A stretch of 63,557 nucleotides of DNA, counting the filler, from Ministeria vibrans ATCC 50519 (taxonomy: Eukaryota > Protista > Filasterea), in assembly GCA_943704425.1 (NCBI GenBank). It is 8 parts of 8 records of this genome, joined end to end, with 100 filler letters (N's around TTAATTAATTAA, not from the genome) between each part and the next. Parts side by side here need not be neighbours in the genome. Positions count along the whole stretch, not along the records: positions 24,345 to 31,115 come from CALSCP010001244.1; positions 31,216 to 32,946 come from CALSCP010000222.1; positions 33,047 to 40,691 come from CALSCP010000137.1; 5 more parts are not named here. One strand, written 5' to 3'. Both the position numbers and the translations under genes were made by a program. This document shows positions 26,211 to 38,386 of this stretch, piece by piece; position 1 is the stretch's first letter, and every line of letters begins with the position of its first letter. The notes beneath the pieces are model-generated. The model saw nothing but the letters and a program-made list of their open reading frames with translations, searched no databases and was not told the DNA's origin.

Positions 26211-28993
26211 ATGGCCGAAACCGCGTCGAGAACCACAGCGCCCGCTCCCCTCGCTGGCGACGCTGAAGACGCTTCGACGCCGCCTCTGTTGGCCACGCGT
26301 GTCAGCAGTGGTCTGAGCGTTACCTTTGGAGATCTACACGTCCGTCCAGCAACCACAGTGGCCGATGGCGACGATGACGACCCAAACACCGACACGCCTT
26401 CTCCAATCGACCCAAAAGTGCTGAGCCGTCTCAAAAGCCGTGCTCCCGACATCCTTCTGGAGCTTGCCGGTGTTCAAAGTGCGATTTCCATTGGTTTGGC
26501 CAACGTTGAGTCGCTCAGACGCGAGGCTGGCGATGAAATGGATGACGACGACGACGACGACGACGACCACAGCGACCACAGCGACCTCAACGATCGCGCT
26601 TTTGATGGATCCGATGACAGCGATGATGGTGCTGACGACAGCGACGGGCAAAGGCGCCAACGGCGCCTCAGAAGACAACGCAGAAGGCGCAGAAGAATAC
26701 GACAGGCCGAATCGGGCGATCGCGAGTTCATTGACGAAGAGATCCGTCTACTTCAGGAAAAACTCTGTCAGCACATTGCCTACCAGTTGATGCTGGTCAA
26801 CGACATGTCGAGACTGCTACGCAAGGGCAAAAAGGACACGTCCAACAATGTGTCGCCCACCGATCCCCGTCTGCCCCAGGACGTCCGCGTCGCTCTTGAA
26901 AAGTCTGCCAAGTACCCAAGTCTTGACAATTGGCTACGTGTCATCAATCTCACCACCACCGAAGTTGAGGTACGCCCTTGACTTGTTACCTTTCGTCGAG
27001 CCCACTCACACTCACTCACTCGCCATGTGTATTCTTTTTCTCCTGTCTCACGCTGCACTCAACAGCAATTCAAGTCAGTTGTGCCCTCGGTGGAAGACCT
27101 GGTGTTTCGTATCGACTCGAGCAATCTCGAAGACGTCATGGTTTATCAGCTTCATTTTGCTGAGTGTACGCGCAATCGCATTGTGACCTCGACAGAGCGC
27201 CTGCGGCTGCTTGCCGAGGAAATGATTGCCTCGCACGCCTCGTCGCACGCCTCGACGCACTCGTCATCTCGCAGTGCAAGCAAGAAGTCCTCGATTCGCA
27301 AAAGTCGCAAGGAAAAGGACACTGCCGCTCGTCTCTCGCTCAGCCCCAACGAACTTCGCAAGCGCATTTCAAAATCCGGTAAGACACTAATATTATTATT
27401 ATTAAAATTTTGATGTTATTATTATTATTATGATTATTATTATTATTATTATCATTGTAATCCTATTATTGTACTTTTTCTTATTATTATTAAAATAATA
27501 ATAATTATTATTAATTTATTCTTTATTTGTTCTCCCGGTACACAGCTCCTCGAATGCGCACCACCCTCCGCTCGCGCCCTGCCCTCCCTGGAGTTGGCAG
27601 TGGTGGTGCCCCCAACGTGTTTCTTCCTCCTAACATGGACGTTGATGGTCACCACTCTCCGGGCGACATGTTGCTCACCCCAAATGTGTCGTTGCCCAAC
27701 GTGAGCGTCTCCATCTCGTCCGTCACCAACCCCCATCACAAGCACCTCACCTTGTCCGACTCAGTTAAGCGCCGGCACTCCGCCACCGCCACTGTCTTCC
27801 AACACCGTCGTGGCGACCTGCCCATTGTTGATCCTCTCATGTGTCCGGACGGTGTCTCGCTCAACCCCGATACGCTCTCGCCCATGACTGTGCTTAACAA
27901 GCGCATCTCACATGCCATCCAGCATCGCTTCAGTGTGCGCACCTTCATGTTGCCCACTCCCTGCGATTTTTGCCACAAAATTGTCATGTTTGGTGTCATT
28001 TGCAAGCACTGCGCCAACAAGTATCACAGTCGATGTGCCGAGCTTGCACCACCCAGTTGCGGTCTTACCAACGAGATGGAGGACGCCTTCAAACGTATCC
28101 TCTACGATGCCGGCGGTTCTTCCAACCCCGCTGTCATCTCTTCCATGATTGGTGCCGCCGTACGCAACACCGGCTCACCTCTCGACGACGATTCCACCCG
28201 CAGTCGCGCTTCCACAGACCCTTCGTCGCCCCCAACGTCTGCCTCCTACTCGGCTGCATCCTGTTTCACGACCGACCCTTCATCAACCTGTAACACGGAC
28301 AACTCTGGTGCACACGGCGCCCCTTCTTCCTCTCTTCCTCTCCCTTCCAATGCTGCTTTTTCCTCTGTTGGTGCTGCACCATACCCTTCGGAGCCCTCGT
28401 CATCCGACAGTGGCACCGGCACTCCATCAACACCTGGCTCCCCAGGTCTTTCCATAGCATCATGCAACGCGGGCGACGCAACTCCTGGCACGCTCGACTC
28501 GGTGCCGGGCAATCTGCGCCTCAAAGCGCTCGCCGCCGCCACCGCGCGGTCCATCAGCTCCATCATTCCCTCTGCGCTTGGAGGGAGTCATGGCAACAAT
28601 TCCACACCCAATTCGCGTGCCAAAACGCCCTTGGTGCGTCTTGTGCCTCGCAGCGCCGGTGTTAACCCACCCACCCTTGCCTTTTCCACTCCCGAAGAGA
28701 ACCAAGTGACGGCACGCGCTCTGCGTCGTCGCTCCCTGTCCAACCCCGTTCTGGTCACTGAGTCGCTTGTCAAGGCGGGTAGTGGGAGTAGCAATGGCAG
28801 TAGCGTCGACGACAGCGTCCTCCATACCACCTCCAAGACGACCGAGGCGGCTCTCTCACTCGAAAATGGCTTCAAACGCTCCTCGTCGCTGGCCGAGTGG
28901 GAGATTCCCTACAATGAACTTGAATTTGGCGAACAGATTGGCGTTGGTCTGACGGGCATCGTCTTCAAGGTATTATTTCCACCGCAGTATTCT

Positions 28994-29054
<61 letters not shown>

Positions 29055-29056
29055 AT

Positions 29057-29099
<43 letters not shown>

Positions 29100-30026
29100 T
29101 TTTTTTCAATTCCTCTTTGTGTGTCTGTGTAGGGCAAGTGGCATGGCGATGTGGCCATCAAACAGATCAATGTGGAGGAGGCAACATTCACCTTTGAGCA
29201 TCTTCTGGGCTTCCGACGTGAGGTGTCGATCTTGCGACGGACGCGACACGAGAACATTGTGCTGTTTATGGGTGCGTGCACCCGGGATCACCTGTGCATT
29301 GTGACCAAGTTCTGCAATGGACCCACACTCTATGCTCATATCCACGTGGAGCGCACTCGGTTCAGCATGGCTCAGTCGGTCGAAGTGATGCGCCAAATTG
29401 CACAGGGCATGGAATATTTGCACGCAAAGAACATCATCCACCGCAACCTCAAGACAAAAAATGTGTTTCTCGAGCAAAATGGCAAGCTCTGCATTGGTGA
29501 CTTTGGACTGGCGACCGTGGGGCTATTCAGCGTGCAAGAGATCAGTACGTTGACGGAGCGCAAGGATAGCGTGCGCCATCTGTCGCCCGAAGTGCTTTCG
29601 CTTGGCGGCGAGGCAACCACGCAGTCCGATGTGTACTCGTACGGTGTCGTCTGTTACGAGTTGATGGCTGGTGTACCAGTCTACGACGGCATTGCTCCCA
29701 CCGACATCATTGAAATGGTCGTACGCCGTCAGGAGCCCAACTTTGATCTCATCCGAAAGGTACCAACCACCACACCCACATCTTTGGCTTCATTCACTTT
29801 TGCCCCCCTTTTTTATTCTTCTTCTTCTTTTTCTCACTCTTCCACTCTATAGGATTGTGGTGCGACGCTCAAAGAGTTTCTCATGAAGTGTCTGTCGTTC
29901 CGTGCCAACGTGCGACCGTCGTTTGAGCGAATTCTAGACCGACTTGAACCGCTCCCCCGCGCGCCGTTCATCAGTCCTACCGATGCCCGCGACAAGCTAC
30001 GTCGTGCTATGACTACCGACTTGTAG
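26211..30026 (+). CDS. KSR: KSR-like (Kinase Suppressor of Ras)/RAF-family pseudokinase: CC-SAM, C1, Ser/Pro-rich region, kinase domain
   Basis: CC-SAM-like VQSAISIGLANVESLR..EEIRLLQEKLCQHIAYQ..YPSLDNWLRVINL. C1 domain HRFS..CDFC..FGVICKHC..HSRC..PSC. Kinase EWEIP..WHGDVAIK, FRREVSILRRTRHENIVLFMGAC, GMEYLHAKNIIHRNLKTKNVF, DFG, SPE; ends RRAMTTDL*. Confidence 0.8.
28994..29100. repeat. (TAT)n microsatellite in a KSR intron; similar AAT/TAT tracts at about 27390-27515, 30045-30123 and 51745-51960
   Basis: Direct inspection. Confidence 0.9.
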
Positions 30027-30077
30027 ACTATACAAACTCATCCTAATAACAATAACAATAACAATTATTACTATTAC

Positions 30078-30123
<46 letters not shown>

Positions 30124-30161
30124 GGTAAAAAAAAATTTCACTTCGAATTACACTGTGTGTT

Positions 30162-30978
30162 TCAGCGGCCGACGCGTTGAGACTGGCCAAAGAACTTGCG
30201 TCGGAGAGCCCTACGCTGGACAAAACCCCAAGCAGCGAGAGACACGACTAGGGCAATGAAGAACAGGCCGGAGGTAGAGGTAGACTGGATGATGATCTTC
30301 TGGGTCGCAGTCAATGTGCTGAAGCCCACCTGAAAAAAATCAAAGAACAAAGTGGTGTCAATAAGGCTTGAGGAGCGTCCCAAGTGAGGAATGGTTGAAT
30401 ATATGTCTCAGTATGCGATTGCTGTGCGTATAAAATGGTAGCGCGCGTACATAATTATATAAACACATAAACATAAACATTGTGTCTGCGGATATGTATA
30501 TTAGCATAATGGTGTGTCGACCTTTTTGTTCGGGGAGAGAGGATATCCGTTGGAGATAAGATAGTTGTAGACGGGGTGCTTGTAGACGCGGTTCTTCAGT
30601 TCCGCCGTGAGCCACAGGTACTCCTGGACGACGTCGAGGTCAAGGAAAGGATAGCGACCCTCCATCGAGTGTGCGCCCGCAATGTACTCCTGCATCGAAG
30701 AAGTCAGAATAAAAAGAGTGAATAAGTGGGGACGACAGATGGAAAAAAAGAAAGAAAAAAAACAAAGTACAAAGGAAAGCAAAGTGAAAGAGCAGGCAAC
30801 ATCATACGAATCACCAACCATAAAAATATCACATAATTTTCTTACCTCCTTGCGCAAATAGTTGCGCTGCGTGCTCATGAAGAAGCTGGGCCAGGGGTAA
30901 ATGGTGGAAAGGTCATCGGGAAACAGTCCGCCAAAGGAACTGTGCGGGTAGAATTTTTTGCCTTGGAACCCATAGTCA
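30162..30978 (-). CDS. Asparagine-synthetase-like protein, C-terminal part with a TM anchor (5' lost at spacer)
   Basis: Spliced: DYGFQG..SSFGGLFPDDLSTIYPWPSFF..YLRKEEYIAGAHSMEGRYPFLDLDVVQEYLWL..KKVGF. The E.RxPFLD and KxGF motifs match the ASNS synthetase domain. A hydrophobic segment GLFFIALVVSLAAWGFV follows. Confidence 0.7.
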
Positions 30979-31050
30979 CTAAAAGAAAATTGAAAAAGAG
31001 AGAGGAAGAGGAGGAGGGGAAAAGAACAAAGTGATAAAAAAAAACCAAAG

Positions 31051-31115
31051 CCCGAGAGCGTGCGTCGCATTGTCGACGCCGGTGTGCCCGTCATGGGCCA
31101 TGTGGGTCTGCTGCC
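31051..31115 (+). other. panB: Orphan coding fragment of ketopantoate hydroxymethyltransferase (PanB/ECM31) at a contig end
   Basis: Translates PESVRRIVDAGVPVMGHVGLLP, matching the PanB G[IV]PVMGH[IV]GL.P motif. Confidence 0.7.
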
Positions 31116-31249
31116 NNNNNNNNNNNNNNNNNNNNNNNNNNNNNNNNNNNNNNNNNNNNTTAATTAATTAANNNNNNNNNNNNNNNNNNNNNNNNNNNNN
31201 NNNNNNNNNNNNNNNAGTTTCGTTGGCAATTACAATATTCATTTGATTG

Positions 31250-31282
<33 letters not shown>

Positions 31283-31402
31283 AAGCAAAGTGATGTAGAG
31301 AGGAGAACGAAACATAGTGATAGAGAGGAGGAGGAAGAAAGAAACAAATGCGTGATAGAAGACTCACTGACTGATTGACTTGCTTAATCGCACTGGCTAT
31401 AG

Positions 31403-32186
31403 GCTTCCGTACGGAGGTGTTTGACGTGATGCAGGAGGGCATCAGCACCCCAGAGGAGATGAGCACAGACAACATGGTCATCAGCATCAACGGAAGCAAG
31501 CACGCCTACAACCCAGACCACTCCGCCGTACCCATTTCCACTTCCAGTCTATCACTTTCAATCTCACCACTTGTGATGTCTGCGTTAGATTTGCGATGCG
31601 ATTGTTGAAGCTGCGACAGATGTGCTTGCTAAGCAAGCAAGCACACTCGCCACAAATTCAGAAAAGGTATTAATTATGTACCACACTCACACACAGCTCT
31701 CTCAATCTTTATCACTTCGCTATTACCCCCCCCCCCCCCCCACCCATCTCTCTATCACACACTCTCTCATTCACACACTCCATGTTGTCTATCTATTGTC
31801 TCAGCGCAAGGCAGTCAAGCGTGCGCTGACTGTTGTCGAGTCAGTTCTGAAGCTGTACATTGGAGCCAAGCGGTCACTGCAGTGCGTTGCGCTGTCCCGT
31901 CTCGTCACTGCCTGCACAGCCCACCTCTCTCTCCGACCCCTCCTTCAGACTTTCTTTCAGCTCTTCTACGACATGGTAACTCCTCTCATGTTATAAACAT
32001 TCACATAGTCTCACTGGCCCATAGGACATTGTTGGGGAGGAGAGCATTCTGTACTTTGCTGAAACGCAGCTGAGCGCGCTCTCTGACGACGAACAGAGTG
32101 TCTTTGAGGCGGGTGCCCGTCCCTTTATCGATTGGCTTAGCAAGGCCGAGACCGACTCCGAGTCTGAGTCCGACGACGACGACTGA
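31403..32186 (+). CDS. EIF2B5: eIF2B epsilon subunit, C-terminal W2 domain (5' lost at spacer)
   Basis: FRTEVFDVMQEG..DNMVISINGSKHAYN; LLQTFFQLFYDMDIVGEESILYF; ARPFIDWLSKAETDSESESDDDD*. Confidence 0.8.
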
Positions 32187-32295
32187 GACTGCTCTTTCTT
32201 TCTATGTTCCATTGCAGTTTCTCATACTATATTACTAGTAATAATTATTATTGGTGTCCTTACTATTTATCTATACATTCTTTGTATTCTGCGTG

Positions 32296-32460
32296 TTATT
32301 CTGTCATGATCCCCCTGATAAACCCACCCCACGACGATCCCGACGCACCTGCCTCGCGCGGCTCAACCACATTGATCTCAGGCATAAACGTCACTTCGTT
32401 CTGATTGGGAACCTGACAGAGACAAAAAAAACCCCCCCCCGTCTCAACACACACGCACAC

Positions 32461-32549
<89 letters not shown>

Positions 32550-32801
32550 GGGAGAAAGAGAGAAAAAGGTTCTTACTCCTGGAATGTGCGAGTGCTTCTT
32601 GTCGACAATATTCACAATGGTGCCCATGAGACTGTACAGGTTTGCGGCGGTCCGTGCGCGGCGGTCGCGCATGAAACCCTCTGAGCCGGACGATGAGGTG
32701 TCGACACTGACCGAAATTTGCCACTGTTCCCAACACTGCGTTGTCGTTTCCGTTCGGAAGAACGCCTTGCGCTCAATCTTTTGCGTAAACGAACACGATA
32801 G
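32296..32801 (-). CDS. ATG101: ATG101-like HORMA protein, C-terminal exons (5' lost at spacer)
   Basis: LSCSFTQKIERKAFF..QCWEQWQISV..LYSLMGTIVNIVDKKHSHIPGVP..FMPEINV resembles the ATG101 pattern (F..K..K.WF..CWE.W; IV..V....HIP). Confidence 0.6.
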
Positions 32802-32821
32802 CTACACACACACACATAGAG

Positions 32822-32946
<125 letters not shown>

Positions 32947-33076
32947 NNNNNNNNNNNNNNNNNNNNNNNNNNNNNNNNNNNNNNNNNNNNTTAATTAATT
33001 AANNNNNNNNNNNNNNNNNNNNNNNNNNNNNNNNNNNNNNNNNNNNATTGATCATTCATTTTCTTATTATTGTGAT

Positions 33077-34653
33077 ATGCTGCGACTGGCAGTACGATCA
33101 ACCATTGGGTTGAGGCTACAGAGCTCGCCGCTGCGGTCGCGATCGCTTGCAACGCGTGCGTTTGGGACGCTTCGAGTGACAGCCAGCGTCGCCCGTTCTC
33201 CCCAACGACGACTGCTCTCCGTTTCGGCCGTGCGGGCCGCCGATCAGCCGCCTACGAGCAGTGCTTCGGAGTTTCTTCGGGACGAGGCGGCGGTGCCTAT
33301 CGAAACAGTCCCATTTGTCGACGAGAGCACCGTTCGAAACATGATCATCAACTCGCGCACGGGAATCGAAGCGACCGGCGAGAACATTGGCGATCTGGCT
33401 GCATTGGGCTTCTGCAACTACACCCCCGTAGGGCTTGTTCAGACACTGCTCGAAACATTGCATGTGGGATTGGGGCTGTCTTGGTAGGAGTGTGCGCGAA
33501 AGAAGCACAAGACGCACTCGCGCACTCACACATGCTCACCACAGGGCCACTACCATTGTCTCCTTTACCATCACCTTTCGTCTGATGATCCTCCCACTCA
33601 TTCTTGATGCTACGCGTGCACAAGCAGCGCTCGGGGACGTCAAGCCGCTCATAGAAAACCACACTCAACTCGCATCGCAGTTTGAGAAAGGTCACTGGCG
33701 CTTTCGTCATCTTAATGATACTGATGCTTCGATTATACTATATTATATATAGAGGGCAACTTTGCGGCGGCGACGAACGAACGACGACTGATGCAGGGAG
33801 TGCTCAAGAAGAGCCGCGTCGGATTCCGCCATTTGTTTGGGGGCATTGTCGTGCAGATGCCGGTTGTGCTGTCCATGTTTTTGGCACTGCGACAGCTGGC
33901 GGAGCTGCCTGTGCCGTCCCTGACACACGGCGGCTATGCGCCGTATGCTGACTTGACTGTCGTCGACTCGACGTATGTTCTTCCTGCGATTGCCGCGTCG
34001 CTCATCTTCACCTCTGGAATGGTAGGAATAATGATTCGACATAGTGACGACTAAACTTGGTGTTGTTGCTGCTACTGTTGCTGTTGTGGCATCCCCAGGT
34101 GAGTGCATTGTCTGTGCCCAAGTACAACCACCGCAAGCTCATGCGCGTGGTTTTTGGCGTCATCTCCATCATCTCCATTCCCATCATGGTCCGTCTTCCA
34201 GTGGTACACACACAGAGACACTTAAAGAGAGAAAAAGAGAGACTCTACTCACCCTTTCCCCACCCAGATTCTCTTTTACTACTGGATCCCCACCAATCTG
34301 TCTGTGCTTCTTCAGGCGACCATTTTGCGCTCTCCCACCCTCCGTTCTCGCATTGGCCTCAAACCTCTCCCCAAGATCGAAACTTACAATCCAAACGACA
34401 CTACTTCAAGTACCCCGCCTCTGTATCACTCTCTGCTTCTTTCTCATTCCCATTCTCTATGTTAGACCCGCTTTCGGAGGTTTGGCTGAGAGGGCGCGAG
34501 ATGTTTCGCGAACAGGAAAAGCAGTACCGCAAAGACACTCAGGTGCGGACTCAGGCGGAACTGGGCATGTACGCACGCAGAGCCAAGCAGCTGGACAAGA
34601 AAGTCGAGCGCACCCCTCCCAATCGCATTCAGAGACGGAAGAGAAATGAATAA
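33077..34653 (+). CDS. OXA1: Mitochondrial inner-membrane insertase OXA1 (YidC/Oxa1 family)
   Basis: Arg/Ser-rich presequence; YTPVGLVQTLLETLHVGLGLSWATTIVSFTITFRLMILP, VQMPVVLSMFLALRQLA..PSLTHGG..DLTVVDSTYVLP, LFYYWIPTNL; basic C-terminal tail. Confidence 0.88.
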
Positions 34654-34665
34654 TGAATAAAAATA

Positions 34666-35307
34666 TTACAATGAGTCTGGTGAGTGGTTGCGACTGTCGT
34701 TTTGGTTTGACGGTCGCTTTTTCTTGATTGCTTCGTATGCGTCGCGAATGACGATGAATTTTGCTGGGCATTCTTTGCAGTCCGGGTGTTTGTCGGGGTG
34801 GCTAAATGAAACGAATGAGTCGCGAAGAGAGACACTGTGCGCCTCGTACAATTTCAGGACAAGTTCTTTGAAGGCAGAGCGAATCTCAGAGCGCGACGCA
34901 CCAATTTCCAATCCGAGCGTTCGGTAGTGGTCTACGTGGCTTGTGTGCTGTCGGCCGTGTCTCGACCAGCCTTCCCACTCCTACAGATGGCCAATTAAAA
35001 TGTGCAAGATGGCTCGACAGCACACTCTCCATTACATGGTCGTCGTTGAAGCTGTACTCGTAGTCGCCCGCCTTGACGCGCACTCGAATGCTGCCTACGT
35101 GCGCGTGTGAGAGAGCGCGAGTGGGGGGGGTCAGATGCGATACCAGGAGATGCTATCATCAGGACGACGATGAGCGCCACTAGGGCGGCACCCAGGAGGC
35201 AGGAGCACTTCACCTGCACGGACAGACCAAACCAGCACTGCCTCAGTCACACACAGAGAGAGAAAGACACACACACAGAGAGAAAGACACACGCACACAC
35301 ACACACA

Positions 35308-35347
<40 letters not shown>

Positions 35348-35386
35348 TCTCACAAGGCCCCAGCAGCATCGGCTACACACTGACAT
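34666..35386 (-). CDS. Membrane-anchored protein with a C-terminal J domain (DnaJ)
   Basis: N-terminal hydrophobic LLGAALVALIVVLMIA; J domain YRTLGLEIGASRSEIRSAFKELVLKL|HPDK..KFIVIRDAYE. Start and middle exons uncertain. Confidence 0.7.
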
Positions 35387-35743
35387 TCAAAAAAATATTT
35401 CTGATTATTTTTGATAATATTTTGATTTCAACAGATTCAACTGTGAGTCTGCAACATTGCTACTACTTACTTAGACAAGAAGTTACCCAAATGTTTATAA
35501 TAAAGAGCCTATGACTGGACTTTTAGCTCTAAGTTCTAAGCTCTAACCCCTTTCTAGGTCTATGGCGGAAGCATTGTCTCTTTTTTGACTGTCGCTGATT
35601 AAAAAAATTCCTTTCTCTTCTCATTCATTTAAATTCAATTAATAGTGATCTTTGGGTCGATACACTAGTACGTCTTGGTGTGTGGTTCAGTGAGTTGAGT
35701 CGCGGATGCCCTGATTCTCGTGCGACATTAATGATTAGTGCGA

Positions 35744-36875
35744 ATGGAGCAGGACGATGTGATGGAGTCGGCTGACGCAGTGGACGCGGACGCTGGAGAC
35801 CTCGACGACCGCGTCCAGGTGTCTCTGTCGCGTGCCCGCCAGATTCATCAGCGAGATGTGTTTCCCAATGAGCGAATGTGCGCTTTTAGGTGAGGCACGA
35901 TCAATCGACGTGGGATTGTCTGGAAAACTCCCCGTCGTCTCTTCCCCATTTCTGTACTCCTCTTCTCGCTTCTTTTGTGGCACCGCATGCCTTTGTGCCC
36001 ATTGCCATTCCCACTGACTCCCTTTTTGTTGCCTGCCCTGCTGTGCTAGCGACGCCGTCTTTGCCATCTCGTCAACAATTGGAATAGTGCATCTGCAAAT
36101 CGAAGCGACCGACGTGAACTCGGCAGATCAGCTGCGTGAGGCGCTCAGGGACGCCAGTGGCGGCATGGCCACCTACCTTGTGGGGTTCTTCATTGTGTCG
36201 TCCTTCTGGCGCAACCATGTCCAGATGTTCCGGTCCATTGTCAACATCGACACGGTTTTGCTCACGGCAAACGCAGCGCTGCTCCTTCTCATCACAGTGA
36301 CACCGTTTATCAGCGGTCTTATGGGAACGTACGGCTACGAAAACGACAAGACGGGACGAGTGTGCACCGGAAGCATGCTTGTACTGCTTGTGGCACAGTC
36401 GCTTGTACTGGCCCTCATCAACATCTACGGCTTCTCCGTCCCGTCTCTCGTCGAAATGAACAGCTACACACCCGTGCGCCTGACCATCTTGGGCAAACGA
36501 CGGGCGCGGATCGTGGCGCTGTTTCAGTCCTTTGCGCCGGCCGTTGTCGGCATCGTGGGCCTCATTGTCATGTTCTCTGGCGGGACCATGGTCGGTACTC
36601 TCATCGTGCTCTACCTGCTGCCCCTCTCGCCGCTCGTCACCCGCCGCATTCAGGCATACTATCTGGGCGAAACTCCAATCAACGTTCTCAAGGGCGTCTC
36701 GCGCTTTCGTGAGAACTTTGCCGGTCCGCGCCTTGAAGGTACCCAAAGGAAAAGAGCAGGAGTTGCAAGCAGCTTAAACGCCTCGCATTTAACCTTTTAC
36801 TCTCCTCCCTTCTCTCTCTATCACTTTGTTTCTTTCCCCCTCCTCTATCACTTTGTTTCCCCCTCCTCTATCACT

Positions 36876-36924
<49 letters not shown>

Positions 36925-38108
36925 ACTTTGTTTCTCTTTCTCTCTTTCTTTCTCTCTGATCTTTTGCAGCGTTTGCGGACGGCATCTTCTCGATTGTGGC
37001 GACGCTGATTGTACTGGACCTGCAAGTGGAAGGGCCCCGTGCCGACGTCATTACGCAGCTCATCTCCAACTGGCATCAGTATCTTTCCTTTGCGTCCTCC
37101 TTTGTTATTGTCTTTGACTTTTGGATTCTGTACGTGACACACACGTGACACAATCACTCACTCACTCACTGTGGTGTTTACTGTCTCTTTGTGTCACAGA
37201 CACCACTCAATCCTCCACTCCATCAAGTATGTCACCGTGGGCAGTATGATCATGCAGATCCTCTTCTTTGCCTGCCTTGGTCTCATTCCCTTCCAGTGCA
37301 ATCTCATGGCCAACTTTGGACACGATAGTCGCTACTCAAACGCCACAAACTCAACCATTCCCCCAGACCAGGTCAGACCCATTACTCATTCACCCACTTA
37401 TTCACACACAAACTATATACTCTTCCTTTCTTTCCAGGTTGAGGAGATGGCATCCATCAGTGTCAATGTTGCGTGCATCCAACTGCTTGTCACGTCGGGT
37501 CTTCTCCTGCTCGTGTGGCTCGTAGCTATTTCCAATGGCCGTCGCCAGTTCCGCAAGTTTGCCATTGAGGAAGACCAACGAAAGTACATTCTGTGGAAGG
37601 TATTTGTATTAATTTTTTATTTAGCGCACTAATATAATTCATTGAACGTATGGCAACTCAGATTCTGACACTCCCGGTTCTCGTTGGGATTGTGATGATC
37701 ATCTCGCTCGAGTCGCCTGAGTCGGCCTTCATCGCGTACCACACGGCAATGTTGCTCTCTCCCGGCGTTTTTATCTGCATTCGCGTGTGGGAGCTGTGGC
37801 AAAACCGCCATCTATTGCAGAGCGACGTCCTCAACATGCATGAGAGTGTAGGAGGCGATCATCCGCCTTCGCTTCCTTCCTCCCACAGCATTCACTCGCC
37901 CCTCCTCACCAAACATTCGCAGCTGCAACAAGAACAACACCCAAAAAGTATCAGCACTATCATGAACAACACCGGTAGTGATCTGCCTTACCTCGAATCC
38001 ACGCAAGGCTCGACCACCGGCTCCTTTGTCAACATCGAACGTGTGCCCCTTCGCTCCTCTCACCAGGACGATATTGACGACGGCGTGTCTTCCTACGACG
38101 CTCTCTAG
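35744..38108 (+). CDS. TMEM175: Lysosomal K+/H+ channel TMEM175, two-repeat form
   Basis: Repeat 1 RMCAFSDAVFAISSTIGI..FWRNHVQMF; repeat 2 RLEAFADGIFSIVATLIVLDL..FWILHHSILH. Multiple TM helices and a C-terminal YDAL motif. Confidence 0.88.
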
Positions 38109-38386
38109 TCCCGATTCCAGCTTGTACACTATAATGCAATCCTACACACGCAGATGAACGCCTTTTTGCGTCGCACACATTACTGTCGTATGAGCACCAT
38201 TCTCACTCACTCGCTCACTCTTTAACGTCTTTCATCTCACTATCACTGCACCGTATAAGCATCACACACTGACTCGTTCGCTCCCTTACTCACTGTCACT
38301 CCACGCATCGTATGAACATCTCTCTCCGACTCGTTTACTTATGAACGTTATTCTCACACGGACTATTGCACAGTGTGTGCGTTTGT

